DNA from: an uncultured cyanobacterium
GTDB taxonomy: Bacteria > Cyanobacteriota > Cyanobacteriia > Cyanobacteriales > CAWUOF01
NCBI GenBank assembly: GCA_963744145.1
Contig: CAVUSO010000001.1
Coordinates: 2,528,001 to 2,592,000 of the forward strand
Length of the DNA: 64,000 nt
Reading direction: 5' to 3'
In this document: positions 1 through 10,286 of the stretch, in pieces
Layout of the letters: each line of letters begins with the position of its first letter
Numbering within the stretch: position 1 is the stretch's first letter
The notes under the pieces: model-generated
Told to the model about the DNA's origin: nothing
Database searches by the model: none
What the model saw: the letters and a program-made list of their open reading frames with translations, nothing else
Translations under genes and position numbers: made by a program

Positions 1-573
1 CTTGAATCTATGAGTATAGGTAGCGATCGGATCAAGCAAATTGTGCAAAGTTTACGCAATTTTGCTCGTTTAGATGAATCAGAAAGTAAACTGGTAGATA
101 TCCATTCTGGTCTGGATAGCACCTTATTAATTTTACAACATCGACTGCAAACTAATGATGATTATGCCCAGATTAAAATCCTTAAAAAATATAGTCAACT
201 TCCTTTAGTTAATTGCTACCCATCAGCCTTAAATCAAGTATTTATGAATATTATAAACAATGCGATCGATGCTTTGGAAAAAGCCCAAAAATCTGATCCT
301 AAATGGAACAAAGAACCGACGATTATTATTGAGACTACCATGGAGAACTCCCAGCATCTAGTCATCCGGATTGCTGATAATGGGTTAGGAGTAGATTCGT
401 CCCAGATCAATAAAATATTTGATCCATTTTTTACTACTAAACCTGTAGGTAAGGGGACAGGATTAGGATTATCAATTAGTTATGCAATTATTGTAGAAAA
501 ACACCATGGTGACTTGAGTTGTGTTTCTATAACTGGAGGAGGAACAGAATTTATTATTAAAATTCCGATTTAA
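1..573 (+). CDS. Sensor histidine kinase, C-terminal part (gene begins before the window)
   Basis: HATPase_c boxes intact: NQVFMNIINNAIDA (N), IADNGLG (G1), IFDPFFTTKPVGKGTGLGL (F/G2). Confidence 0.9.
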   Translation, partial: LESMSIGSDRIKQIVQSLRNFARLDESESKLVDIHSGLDSTLLILQHRLQTNDDYAQIKILKKYSQLPLVNCYPSALNQVFMNIINNAIDALEKAQKSDPKWNKEPTIIIETTMENSQHLVIRIADNGLGVDSSQINKIFDPFFTTKPVGKGTGLGLSISYAIIVEKHHGDLSCVSITGGGTEFIIKIPI

Positions 574-739
574 ACATTAAAGATATTTTAATTATTTATG
601 TGATCTATATCACACTTAATCAAGAGATGAACAAATCTATTGCACCAATCACAACTTAACTCCTAGCCCTTTACAAATTTACCAATAGCCAGTAAGGTTT
701 CATTGGGACTAAAAAGTTATTTTTTTCAGGATAGTAGTT

Positions 740-2116
740 ATGAGTATTTCTGATGTTGTAGATTTGACTTCAGTTCTCCAAGCAGCACAAGCGATTTCGA
801 GTAAAATTCAACTAGATGAACTGCTGAAGCAAATTAGCCAAATTATGCTCCAAAACTCTAGTGCTGACCAATGTATATTGCTGTTTCCCACTAATAATGA
901 ATGGCAAATTAGAGCGATCGCAACTAAGGAAACAACTACATTAGTATCCCATCGCTTAGATAATTATTCTGAATTACCTATTCTGGTAATTCAGCAAGTA
1001 AAAAATACTCAAGAGATGATTCTAATTGAGGATCTAAAAACTGATTTACCTGTAATCGATGATTATCTAAATCGACTTCAACCGAAAAGTGTGTTATGTT
1101 TACCTGTGAGCAATCAAACCGAGTTAGTAGCAATTTTATATTTAGAAAATCAAGCAACTACAGGAGTGTTTACCTCTGATGGTATTTCCGTGATCCAATT
1201 ATTATGTACTCAAGCAGCAATTTCTCTCCAAAATGCTTGGCTTTATCAACAATCTCAACAAGCTTTAACTGACTTGAAAGGAGCGCAATTACAAATAGTA
1301 CAAAATGAAAAAATGTTAACATTGGGAAATTTATTAGCTGGATTAGCTCACGAAATTAATAATCCGGTTGGATTTATATCAGGTAATATTGCAGAAGCAA
1401 CAACTTCTTTTCAAGATGTAATAGATTTGCTGGAAACCTATCAAGAAGAATTTCCTGATCCTGGTGAAAAAATCGAGGAAAAGACTGAGGAAATAGACCT
1501 AGAGTATCTGTTAGAAGATTTACCAAAATTGCTCAAGTCAATGGAAGTCGGTTGCGATCGCATTAAAGATATTAGTAACAGTTTGCGAATATTTTCCCGT
1601 ACCGATAAAGACTATAAAGTCTCTTTTAATATCCACACTGGAATTGATAGCACCTTAATCATTCTCAAACATCGGATCAAAGGTAATGAATTTCGGGTGG
1701 AAATTCAAGTAATTAAAGAATATGGTGATTTTGGGGAAATTAAATGTTTTCCTAGTCAGTTAAACCAAGTGTTTATGAATCTCATTACTTATACAGTAGA
1801 TCGGGTTGATGAAATGGCTCAAACTGCTGATTTTAACAAAAATAGTCCCCAAGTAATCACGATTAAAACTGGATTATTAAAGGATGTAAATCAGGTTACT
1901 ATTTCAATTAGTAACCCCAGTTTAGCAATAGCAGAAGAAAACAAAAATCTGATTTTTGATTATTCGTTCACTTCTCAATCTGGGGAGAAAGGACAGGGAT
2001 TAGGACTCGCGATCGCGCGTCAAATTATTGTGGAAAAACATGGAGGAAACTTAATTTGTTCCTCCGAATTAGGTCAGGGTACAGAATTTATCATTACTTT
2101 GCCCGTTTCGGATTAG
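740..2116 (+). CDS. GAF-domain histidine kinase-like protein with degenerate N and G1 boxes
   Basis: GAF (PKSVLCLPV..ILYLEN), H box LAHEINNP, G2 GQGLGLAI; N box reads NLITYTVD and G1 reads ISNPSLAI. Confidence 0.85.
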   Translation: MSISDVVDLTSVLQAAQAISSKIQLDELLKQISQIMLQNSSADQCILLFPTNNEWQIRAIATKETTTLVSHRLDNYSELPILVIQQVKNTQEMILIEDLKTDLPVIDDYLNRLQPKSVLCLPVSNQTELVAILYLENQATTGVFTSDGISVIQLLCTQAAISLQNAWLYQQSQQALTDLKGAQLQIVQNEKMLTLGNLLAGLAHEINNPVGFISGNIAEATTSFQDVIDLLETYQEEFPDPGEKIEEKTEEIDLEYLLEDLPKLLKSMEVGCDRIKDISNSLRIFSRTDKDYKVSFNIHTGIDSTLIILKHRIKGNEFRVEIQVIKEYGDFGEIKCFPSQLNQVFMNLITYTVDRVDEMAQTADFNKNSPQVITIKTGLLKDVNQVTISISNPSLAIAEENKNLIFDYSFTSQSGEKGQGLGLAIARQIIVEKHGGNLICSSELGQGTEFIITLPVSD

Positions 2117-2147
2117 AGGTAGGACTGTTTCAGTCTACCAGAACACC

Positions 2148-2183
2148 GCTCCCCTAACCCCTTGACCATTGGTCGAGGGGAGC
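2148..2183. repeat. CCCCTAACCCC-type palindromic repeat/hairpin
   Basis: gctcccct...aggggagc inverted repeat; a related copy lies on the other strand at 3949-3991. Confidence 0.5.
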
Positions 2184-2390
2184 AGAATGAATGTCATCGC
2201 ACTCCCAACCATACCAATTTTCCCTAACCGCATCAATCCATCTCCCAAACATACTAAACAAACTAAACTATATTTACCTAATTTTTTCTAGAACTGTATA
2301 GTCCCGCTTTGGGAGAAATCGCGATCGCTCGGATTTCAATTATTAGCGATCGCACTACGAAAAAAAAATTGTAGTCTCCACCAATAAAAT

Positions 2391-2630
2391 CTATCGTTCA
2401 ATAACATAAACAGCAAACAATTTATTTTTATCTCTAAACGGTTTATTAATAATTGAAAACCCAGATTTTTTTAACAATTCCAAAATAAATACTCCATTTT
2501 CTGGAATGTCCTGAGTTTTTATGTGATTACAAATAATATCAAGGTTTTCTTGATCAAAAGTAAGCCATTCTTTGGTATATATGCTACAGGTTCTTTCATT
2601 ATATATTTCATAAGTTTCACCAACATTCAT
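2391..2630 (-). CDS. Hypothetical protein, possibly a gene fragment
   Basis: 79-aa ORF with protein-like composition; no motif recognised. Confidence 0.35.
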   Translation of the reverse strand: MNVGETYEIYNERTCSIYTKEWLTFDQENLDIICNHIKTQDIPENGVFILELLKKSGFSIINKPFRDKNKLFAVYVIER

Positions 2631-2918
2631 TTCCGGATCGTAAAAAATAAACTCAGCATTAGCAATCTCAATCAGAGATGGGACATATACACAGGCGATC
2701 GCGACCTACTAAAGTATTACAGTTTTCAGGACTCTGGTCTGTGCAATTAGTCATGGTAAAGACAGTAACTATCATCATCCTGCAACTCATTACTTTCTAG
2801 ACTATTGGAACAAGTTTTAAATAGCTATTCTGTAAACATGAAGAAAAACAGCTAACTCAAAACTGTTAATACTCTCACTCGAAAACACTATCAAAACTTG
2901 ATCAGAAATTTCTCAACT

Positions 2919-3371
2919 ATGAAACTCAACGCATCTTTCTTATTACCTGGTCTAATCGCTTTAACTCTTGCTGCATCTCCCGTAATCGCTTCCTTTAGTC
3001 CAGCTCTTGCAGATTCTGCTCAAACAACAGAACACGGTGGACATGGAAAATGGGGTGAAGGATTTAAAAAGTTAAACTTGACTGATGCTCAAAAAGCACA
3101 AGCAAAACAAATTTTCCAATCTACTCGTCAACAAATGTCTGCTGTTTTTACTCCTGAGCAAAAAGCTCAATTTAAAGCAGCAAGAGCGAACCACACCAAG
3201 CCTAATGTAACTCTTAGTGATGCTCAAAAGGCACAACTTAAACAAATTCGCGAAAGTGCTAAATCCCAATTTGAGGCAATCTTAACACCTGCTCAACTAC
3301 AACAACTTCAAGCCGATCGCACTCAATGGCTTCAAAATCACCCTAATGCTCACTCAGGTCAATCTAACTAA
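2919..3371 (+). CDS. Spy/CpxP family periplasmic protein (LTXXQ motifs)
   Basis: Signal peptide followed by LTDAQK, FTPEQK, LSDAQK, LTPAQ repeats; ATG at 2919 preferred over TTG at 2898. Confidence 0.85.
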   Translation: MKLNASFLLPGLIALTLAASPVIASFSPALADSAQTTEHGGHGKWGEGFKKLNLTDAQKAQAKQIFQSTRQQMSAVFTPEQKAQFKAARANHTKPNVTLSDAQKAQLKQIRESAKSQFEAILTPAQLQQLQADRTQWLQNHPNAHSGQSN

Positions 3372-3414
3372 ACCAGTAACTATTTAGAGTCTCCTATTTT
3401 CATCCTCGCTAATT

Positions 3415-3443
3415 TGCCTCACTGTAATGGTGGGGCATTTTCT
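3415..3443 (+). terminator. Putative intrinsic terminator
   Basis: tgcctcac-N7-gtggggca hairpin followed by tttt, downstream of the Spy-like gene. Confidence 0.55.
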
Positions 3444-3562
3444 TATTGGGGATATTGGGGGTTCGGGATCGCTTTAATTCTAAAACTATCAAAGCTTTAA
3501 AAAATACTCAAATATCTGCCCAACCATCAAACGTAGTTAAATATAACCTTCATCAGTCATCC

Positions 3563-3760
3563 GTGGGACAGGCATCTTGCCTGTCCGATCAATTCGTCGG
3601 TGAAAGTCGATTGTGATTGATCTGTGTTGGTTGGGCAGGTTTATGAGTGGGACAGGCATCTTGCCTGTCCGTAATCTGTTTGGAGCAGAATTGATTGGTG
3701 AACCTGCCCCTACAAATCCTGGTTGATTGTGATCATAAATTTATTGATCCCACATATTTA
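3563..3760. repeat. REPIN/MITE-like dispersed element carrying two GTGGGACAGGCATCTTGCCTGTCC palindromes
   Basis: Aligns by eye with 11653-11770 and 50682-50845; contains the AACCTGCCCCTACA REP-like arm. Confidence 0.8.
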
Positions 3761-3948
3761 TGAGCAGCAGAAAACCAAAACCACCTCAGAGAATTGGTAC
3801 TCTTAGCTTGGAAAGAGAAAAATAGGTTTGCAGATGTGGCTAAAACTTGGCTAATATTCGCAATCGCCACCCAAACTCCAAAGGTTAGGACATTCAGGTA
3901 AGCACATCTTAATTTTAACTGGGATGCTCCCTTTAATCATCTTCATTA

Positions 3949-3991
3949 CTCCCCATTCCCTCCTAGGGAAGGGGGTTGGGGGGTTAGGTCT
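3949..3991. repeat. GGGGTTGGGGGGTTAGG-type palindromic repeat
   Basis: ccccattccctcctagggaagggggttggggggttaggtct; hairpin plus G-rich tail. Confidence 0.55.
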
Positions 3992-4013
3992 ATTTATTCT
4001 AATAGAACAAAAA

Positions 4014-5108
4014 TTAACGATAAATTTGCCGATAATAAGTCTGATATTCTTCAGATAACAAAGGTTCCCACCAATCTCGATGATGGAGATACCATTTTAC
4101 CGTCTCACGTAATCCTTCGGTAACTGTAACCGAAGGACTCCAACCTAACTGAGTTTTAATTTTAGTTGCGTCAATTGCATAACGACGATCGTGTCCTGGT
4201 CGATCTTTAACAAAGGTAATTAGTTGTTCACAAGGGTGGATCGGTAAATTTGGTGCTAATTCATCCATTAATTGACATAGCATTCGGACTAGATCAATAT
4301 TTTTGACTTCATTATTACCACCAATATTGTAAGTCTCTCCTGGTTTACCTTGGTGAATAACTACATCTAAAGCACGACAATGATCAATCACATACAGCCA
4401 ATCTCGGATATTTTGACCATCTCCATAAACTGGTAAGGATTTTCCCAGTAATATGTTAATGCACATATGGGGAATTAACTTTTCAGGAAAATGATGGGGA
4501 CCGTAATTATTAGAGCAATTAGTGATAATCGTCGGTAAACCATAGGTATGGTAATATGCACGAGCTAAATGATCACTACCTGCTTTAGAAGCAGAATAAG
4601 GACTATTAGGACTATAGGGAGTAGTTTCTGTAAAAGCAGGATCTTCGGGATGGAGACTACCATAAACTTCATCCGTAGAAACATGGAGAAAGACACTTGG
4701 TTTGGTTTGGGTATTTAGAGGAGATTGAAAAAAGTATTGACGAAATGATTCGAGTAAAGTAAAAGTACCAACTACATTGGTTTGAATAAAAGCACCAGGA
4801 CCGATAATTGAGCGATCGACGTGGGATTCTGCGGCAAAATGAGCAATAGTGTCGATCGCTTCTTCTTTAAGTAAAGTATCGACTAAATGACGATCGCAAA
4901 TATCTCCTTTAACAAAGCGAAAATTATCTCTATCTGTGATCCTCGCTAAATTTTGAGGATTCCCAGCATAGGTGAGAGCATCTAATACTACTACTCGATC
5001 ATCTGGATAGCGATCGCACCAGTAGAGAGTAAAATTAGAGCCAATAAATCCCGCACCTCCAGTAATTAACAAACGTCGCGGTTGTCGATGATTAAAATCT
5101 GTGTTCAT
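4014..5108 (-). CDS. rfbB: dTDP-glucose 4,6-dehydratase
   Basis: [44 protein letters not shown]; start placed at ATG 5108. Confidence 0.97.
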   Translation of the reverse strand: MNTDFNHRQPRRLLITGGAGFIGSNFTLYWCDRYPDDRVVVLDALTYAGNPQNLARITDRDNFRFVKGDICDRHLVDTLLKEEAIDTIAHFAAESHVDRSIIGPGAFIQTNVVGTFTLLESFRQYFFQSPLNTQTKPSVFLHVSTDEVYGSLHPEDPAFTETTPYSPNSPYSASKAGSDHLARAYYHTYGLPTIITNCSNNYGPHHFPEKLIPHMCINILLGKSLPVYGDGQNIRDWLYVIDHCRALDVVIHQGKPGETYNIGGNNEVKNIDLVRMLCQLMDELAPNLPIHPCEQLITFVKDRPGHDRRYAIDATKIKTQLGWSPSVTVTEGLRETVKWYLHHRDWWEPLLSEEYQTYYRQIYR

Positions 5109-5143
5109 ATTAGTAAAAAATTTGGTGATCAAAATCGGAATTA

Positions 5144-6172
5144 TTACTCTTGATTTAACAGCGATCGTAAGGCTTCTTTCATTTCTGTAGTCGTAGTTGT
5201 CGCCGTACCAAATTGCCGCACTACAATACTAGCAGCTAAATTCCCCAAAACTGCTGCTTCCCAAAAAGAAGCACCTGTAACCATTGCAATAGAAAGAGCT
5301 GCAATCACTGTATCTCCAGCACCAGTAACATCAAAAACAGCAGTCCGATTAAATGCTGGAATATGTTCTACTAATCCTTGACGATCAAATAAACTCATTC
5401 CTTCTTCCCCTCGGGTAATCAACATTTGTTCTGCTTGGGTTAAAGCTAGTAAATCTTGACCAGCAGAGTGAAGAGTTGGAAGATTCGCGATCGCATATCC
5501 TACCGCTAACTCAGCTTCTGGTAAATTGGGAGTGAATAGAGTTGCACCTTGATAACGTTGTAATCCAGCCTGAGCATCCACAAAGGTACGTTGATGAGCT
5601 AAAGTTGCTTTAATCACAGGTGTAGTTAATACACCATCACCATAATCAGAACAAACTACAGCATCGACAGTGCCAATATTGTCACGAATATAATCAGCTA
5701 ATTGCATCTGTAACTCTAGCTCGGGTAAATCATCAGATTTGCGATCGACTCGAACAATTTGTTGAGTAACCGACTGACGAGCATGACCAGAAATCCTAGT
5801 TTTCGTGACAGTTGGTCGGAGCGGATCGATCAAAATTCCTTGAGTATCAATCCCCACAGCATCAAAAATACCTCGTAAAGCTTTTCCTTGGTCATCTTTT
5901 CCTACCAATCCAACCACTTTCACCTGAGAGCCTAACTTCGCTAAATTATAAACAGCATTAGCCCCACCACCCGGGACTTGACGAGTAGATTCGTGACGAA
6001 TAATTAAGACAGGTGCTTCACGAGAAATACGTTCAACTTGACCAGTCAGAAACTCATCTAAAGTTAAGTCACCTACAACTAACACCCTGGTTTGGGAAAA
6101 ACGGTCGATTAATTCTAACAATCGCTCAGACGTAGCACTCAAGCGTTCAAAGAACACAGCATCTATTGACAT
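5144..6172 (-). CDS. rfaE1: D-glycero-beta-D-manno-heptose-7-phosphate kinase (PfkB family, RfaE domain I)
   Basis: [38 protein letters not shown]; start placed at ATG 6172. Confidence 0.88.
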   Translation of the reverse strand: MSIDAVFFERLSATSERLLELIDRFSQTRVLVVGDLTLDEFLTGQVERISREAPVLIIRHESTRQVPGGGANAVYNLAKLGSQVKVVGLVGKDDQGKALRGIFDAVGIDTQGILIDPLRPTVTKTRISGHARQSVTQQIVRVDRKSDDLPELELQMQLADYIRDNIGTVDAVVCSDYGDGVLTTPVIKATLAHQRTFVDAQAGLQRYQGATLFTPNLPEAELAVGYAIANLPTLHSAGQDLLALTQAEQMLITRGEEGMSLFDRQGLVEHIPAFNRTAVFDVTGAGDTVIAALSIAMVTGASFWEAAVLGNLAASIVVRQFGTATTTTTEMKEALRSLLNQE

Positions 6173-6322
6173 AGAACCAACATCAAGTTTCCAGGCTAAT
6201 TTTCGCTCAAACCTAAACTTTTTTGGATGTTTTTTAGAAATCCTCACAAAAATAGACAAGATCATAGAGTAGGAGCAAAAAATTTAGTGCGACTACGAGC
6301 CATCTAGTCATAGAGAATCGTT

Positions 6323-7123
6323 ATGCAAATTACAGAAACCTTAAAATTTACTTCCGTCTATGGACCAGTCACATCTTGGCGCTATGGGCGATCGCTTGGT
6401 ATTGATCCAATTGGTCCAGTATCTACTTGTTCTTTCAACTGCGCTTACTGTCAGTTAGGAGAAATTGAAAACCGAACCAGCGCTCGAAAAATATTTATCC
6501 CAACCAGTCAAATTCGGGAAGACTTAGCAGGTTTTGCCCCTTGGGACGTAGATGTGATTACCCTGAGTGGTAGCGGTGAACCCACCCAAGCTCTGAATCT
6601 AGGAGAAATTTTATTGTCAATCAAAGAACTTACCTCTTGTCCAACCGTAGTTTTAACTAATGGCAGTTTACTAGAACACCCAGATGTTGGTAGTGCTTTA
6701 GCCCATGCTGACCAAGTCGCAGTGAAACTTGATGCAGTATCACCAGATCAATTGTTACGGATTAATCGACCTGTACCGGGACTAAATTGGTTAAATATTT
6801 GGATGGGAATCGAACAATTTCGTCGTCAATATCGGGGTCGTCTAGCAATTCAAACCATGCTCTTGTCAGCTTGGGATGAAGTTTACCAACAGGATTATAT
6901 TAAATTGATGCAAATTTTGGCTCCCGATGAGATTCAACTGAATACGCCGATGCGTCCCAAACCGTTAAATCACCAATTGGATGCTAGAGGAAATCACAGT
7001 CGATCAGAATTTCGGCCCTATAAAGTCAATTTGCTCAAACCGATCAATCAGACAATTTTGGCAGAATTTGCTGCCCGAATTCACGAAGCTACAGGTATTC
7101 TGGTCCGTTTCCCATCTTACTAG
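6323..7123 (+). CDS. Radical SAM protein
   Basis: CSFNCAYC (CxxxCxxC), YGPVxSWRYGRSLGID, SGSGEPT. Confidence 0.9.
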   Translation: MQITETLKFTSVYGPVTSWRYGRSLGIDPIGPVSTCSFNCAYCQLGEIENRTSARKIFIPTSQIREDLAGFAPWDVDVITLSGSGEPTQALNLGEILLSIKELTSCPTVVLTNGSLLEHPDVGSALAHADQVAVKLDAVSPDQLLRINRPVPGLNWLNIWMGIEQFRRQYRGRLAIQTMLLSAWDEVYQQDYIKLMQILAPDEIQLNTPMRPKPLNHQLDARGNHSRSEFRPYKVNLLKPINQTILAEFAARIHEATGILVRFPSY

Positions 7124-7242
7124 GTCTAATTATGGCCAATCATGAGCAGGGTCAAGGAAATTTGCTAAAATTTTGTCTAAAGAGCTAGACTTTTAACAAT
7201 AACTTGATCTATAATTAAAGACCGTGAGTTTTTGGAAAAAAC

Positions 7243-7605
7243 ATGAAAGCGCAGGAAATTATTCGCTCAATCGAAGCGGAACAACTGAAAAGCAATCTAC
7301 CAGATATCCAGGTAGGGGATACAGTTCGAGTCGGGGTGAGAATTAAAGAAGGGAATAAAGAACGGACCCAACCTTACGAGGGGACGGTAATTGCCAAGCG
7401 CAATGGTGGGATTAATGAAACAATTACGGTCAGAAAGATTTTTCAGGGAGTGGGAGTAGAAAGAGTATTTTTGCTCCACTCCCCCCGGATTGAAAGCATT
7501 AAAGTGTTGCGTCGAGGCAAAGTGCGCCGTGCTAAACTATACTATCTGCGCGATCGCGTCGGTAAAGCCACCAGAATCAAACAAAGATTTGACCGTCCAC
7601 TATAA
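7243..7605 (+). CDS. rplS: 50S ribosomal protein L19
   Basis: [22 protein letters not shown]. Confidence 0.99.
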   Translation: MKAQEIIRSIEAEQLKSNLPDIQVGDTVRVGVRIKEGNKERTQPYEGTVIAKRNGGINETITVRKIFQGVGVERVFLLHSPRIESIKVLRRGKVRRAKLYYLRDRVGKATRIKQRFDRPL

Positions 7606-7671
7606 AATTTTTTACAAAAATTAGCTCAAGGAAGGCAAACTTGTGTTACACTGGCGTTATCTCAGTTTTTT

Positions 7672-7744
7672 GCGCTCTTAGTTCAGTTGGTAGAACGCAG
7701 GTCTCCAAAACCTGATGTCGGGGGTTCAAGTCCTCCAGGGCGCG
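7672..7744 (+). tRNA. trnW: tRNA-Trp (CCA)
   Basis: GCGCTCTTAGTTCAGTTGGTAGAAC..CAGGT-CTCCAAA-ACCTG..GGTTCAAGTCC..GGGCGCG; 73-nt cloverleaf; conserved position before secE. Confidence 0.97.
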
Positions 7745-7984
7745 CTGAATTACGCCAGGAAAATTAGGACAATCTAAAAGTAAAGCCTGAACAACAGCTT
7801 GAGAATTGGCTAGACTAATGATCAAGATAGTTGCTCAAAGCTAGCAGCGATTAGAGGTGATCCGATCGCGAGTTAAGCTAATCAGCCAAATCTGCGCTAA
7901 CCGCAGGTAGGAAGATCGTGACCAAATCTGGTTAAGCTGCGGGAAGACTGCCAACAACTGCATAAAAGGGGGAAAATAGGAATT

Positions 7985-8206
7985 GTGACCAAGAAAAATG
8001 AGGCAGAAGTGCAAACACCGACAGGGTTTAACGCTGTAAACTTTTTTCAAGATACCAAAGAAGAACTAAGTAAGGTGGTTTGGCCAACTCGACAGCAGTT
8101 GATCAGCGAATCCTTGGCAGTGCTAGGAATGGTGGTAATATCTGCTATTTTTATTTATCTGGTCGATCTTTTTTTTAATTGGGCAGCGTTCACGGTATTC
8201 AGATGA
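7985..8206 (+). CDS. secE: Preprotein translocase subunit SecE
   Basis: EELSKVVWPTR followed by one TM helix; synteny. Confidence 0.97.
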   Translation: MTKKNEAEVQTPTGFNAVNFFQDTKEELSKVVWPTRQQLISESLAVLGMVVISAIFIYLVDLFFNWAAFTVFR

Positions 8207-8832
8207 CTTTTGCATCGGACGAATTACCAGACTCAAATCAGCTAGAAGAAGCAACAGATTCCCTATCCTCGGAAGAAGCTCGCTGGTATGCTGTTCAAGT
8301 TGCTTCCGGTTGTGAGAAACGAGTAAAAACCAATCTAGAACAGCGAATTCAAACCCTGGATGTAGGCGATCGGATTTTTAAAGTGCAAATCCCCCAAACT
8401 CCAGCCGTCAAAATTCGGAAAGATGGTAGTCGTCATCACAGCGAAGAAAAAGTTTTCCCCGGCTATGTTCTAGTCCAAATGTTAATGGATGAGGAAACAT
8501 GGCAGGTGGTAAAAAACACCCCCAATGTGATTAACTTTGTGGGTGCCCAACAAACCCGGAACTATGGAAGGGGACGCGGGCACGTTAAACCGATGCCCCT
8601 CAGTCCTTCGGAAGTAGAACGGATTTTCAAACAAACCCAGGAACAAGAGCCAGTCGTCAAGACCGATATGTCGGTTGGAGATAAAGTCCTGGTCCTCTCA
8701 GGTCCATTCAAAGACTTTGAAGGTGAAGTCATTGAAGTCAGTCCCGAGCGGAACAAACTCAAAGTGTTACTTTCCATATTTGGTCGGGATACACCAGTAG
8801 AATTGGAATTTAACCAGGTTCAGAAACAGTAA
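8203..8832 (+). CDS. nusG: Transcription termination/antitermination factor NusG
   Basis: WYAVQVASGCEKRV, KVFPGYV, GPFKDFEG, IFGRDTPVEL; ATG at 8203 overlaps the secE stop. Confidence 0.98.
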   Translation: MTFASDELPDSNQLEEATDSLSSEEARWYAVQVASGCEKRVKTNLEQRIQTLDVGDRIFKVQIPQTPAVKIRKDGSRHHSEEKVFPGYVLVQMLMDEETWQVVKNTPNVINFVGAQQTRNYGRGRGHVKPMPLSPSEVERIFKQTQEQEPVVKTDMSVGDKVLVLSGPFKDFEGEVIEVSPERNKLKVLLSIFGRDTPVELEFNQVQKQ

Positions 8833-8839
8833 AAACTAG

Positions 8840-9265
8840 ATGGCAAAAAAAGTAGTTACGGTCATTAAGTTGGCCATTACAGCGGGGAAAGCTAACCCAG
8901 CTCCCCCGATCGGTCCGGCCCTAGGTCAGCATGGCGTGAATATTATGATGTTCTGCAAAGAATATAACGCCAGAACAGCAGATCAAGCTGGTTTAGTTGT
9001 GCCGGTGGAAATCTCGGTTTATGAAGATCGAAGTTTTACCTTTATTCTCAAAACCCCACCAGCATCAGTGTTGATTACCAAAGCACTAGGAATTCCTAGA
9101 GGATCTGGGGAACCAAACCGGAAAAAAGTTGGCACCCTAACCCGGGCGCAACTGCGGGAAATTGCCCAAACCAAAATGCCTGACCTCAATGCTAATGACA
9201 TTGAAGCAGCTATGAAAATTGTGGAAGGAACTGCCCGGAATATGGGCGTGACGATCGCTGACTAA
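8840..9265 (+). CDS. rplK: 50S ribosomal protein L11
   Basis: [29 protein letters not shown]. Confidence 0.99.
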   Translation: MAKKVVTVIKLAITAGKANPAPPIGPALGQHGVNIMMFCKEYNARTADQAGLVVPVEISVYEDRSFTFILKTPPASVLITKALGIPRGSGEPNRKKVGTLTRAQLREIAQTKMPDLNANDIEAAMKIVEGTARNMGVTIAD

Positions 9266-9275
9266 ACCCTTATAA

Positions 9276-9308
9276 GGGGGGAGAGGCTCAGGTCTCGTTA
9301 GCAACCCC
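9276..9308 (+). promoter_or_regulatory. Putative L1-binding autoregulatory RNA between rplK and rplA
   Basis: GGGG-GGA-GAGGC..GTCTC-GTTAGCAA-CCCC stem/internal-loop/stem directly before the rplA RBS. Confidence 0.55.
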
Positions 9309-9320
9309 AGGAGAGAGAGA

Positions 9321-10038
9321 ATGACCAGAAAAGTATCGCGTCGATTACAAGAACTACAGAAAAAAGTTGAACCGCGGGCCTACGAACCAGTAGAAGCCCT
9401 CGATCTATTAAAGGAAACAGCTACAGCCAAGTTTCCCGAATCAGCCGAAGCACATATTCGTTTGGGGATCGATCCCAAATACGCAGACCAACAGTTACGG
9501 ACTACCGTAGTATTGCCGAAAGGAACTGGTCAAACAGTCCGAGTCGCAGTAATTGCTAGAGGGGAAAAAGTAACGGAAGCTACTAATAGCGGTGCGGATA
9601 TTGCTGGTTCCGAAGAGCTGATTGATGAAATTCAAAAAGGTCGCATGGATTTTGATAAGTTAATTGCGACCCCAGATATGATGCCCCAAGTAGCTAAATT
9701 AGGTAAGTTACTCGGACCGCGGGGGTTGATGCCTTCGCCAAAAGGTGGTACAGTAACATTTGATCTAGCAGCAGCGATCAGTGAGTTCAAAGCTGGTAAA
9801 CTAGAATTCCGTGCCGATCGCACCGGGATAGTTCATATCCTGTTTGGGAAGGCTGCTTTCCCCACCCAAGATTTGCTCGTTAACCTCAAAGCCCTGCAAG
9901 AAACCATCGATCGGAATCGACCATCTGGTGCTAAAGGTCGTTACTGGCGCACAGTATATATCTCGGACCACTATGGGACCTGCAATTCAACTTGAGATCA
10001 ACAGTCTACGGGATTTCAAATTAAGCGAAGCACATTAG
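9321..10038 (+). CDS. rplA: 50S ribosomal protein L1, apparent +1 frameshift near 9967
   Basis: L1 sequence runs to YWRTVYIS; the conserved [15 protein letters not shown] tail continues in another frame to the stop at 10038. Confidence 0.95.
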
Positions 10039-10097
10039 TCAACTTAACTATTGAGGGATCAGCTAACGCCCAAAATTCAACAACTGAATCAGCGAGG

Positions 10098-10233
10098 GCC
10101 AAAGACAGCAGGGGCTAATGCGCTTAATTTCCTGCCGAGGTTTACTCTAATTTCCCAACTGGTCATAGGTTTGACTAATTCAACCTGGATCAATGGGAAA
10201 TGGGGAACCCCGGCTCAATCTCCGGGGTTTTTT
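10098..10233 (+). promoter_or_regulatory. L10 leader (rplJ autoregulatory RNA) with terminator-like hairpin
   Basis: CCAAAGACAGCAGG..TTAA..CCTGCCGAGG core; AACCCCGG-N8-CCGGGGTTTTTT at 10206-10233. Confidence 0.75.
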
Positions 10234-10286
10234 GATTGGTTTTGGGCAAATATCGGTTTTTAGCAACCAGTTAAGGAGGTGAGAAA

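Noticed and set aside
9955..9975. Programmed frameshift in rplA
   Set aside because: No slippery sequence is visible; a one-base deletion restores the canonical protein
9844..10038. Separate 64-aa gene
   Set aside because: Its 3' part is the frameshifted tail of rplA
10051..10263. 70-aa ORF between rplA and rplJ
   Set aside because: Overlaps the L10 leader RNA; TTG start and no recognisable protein
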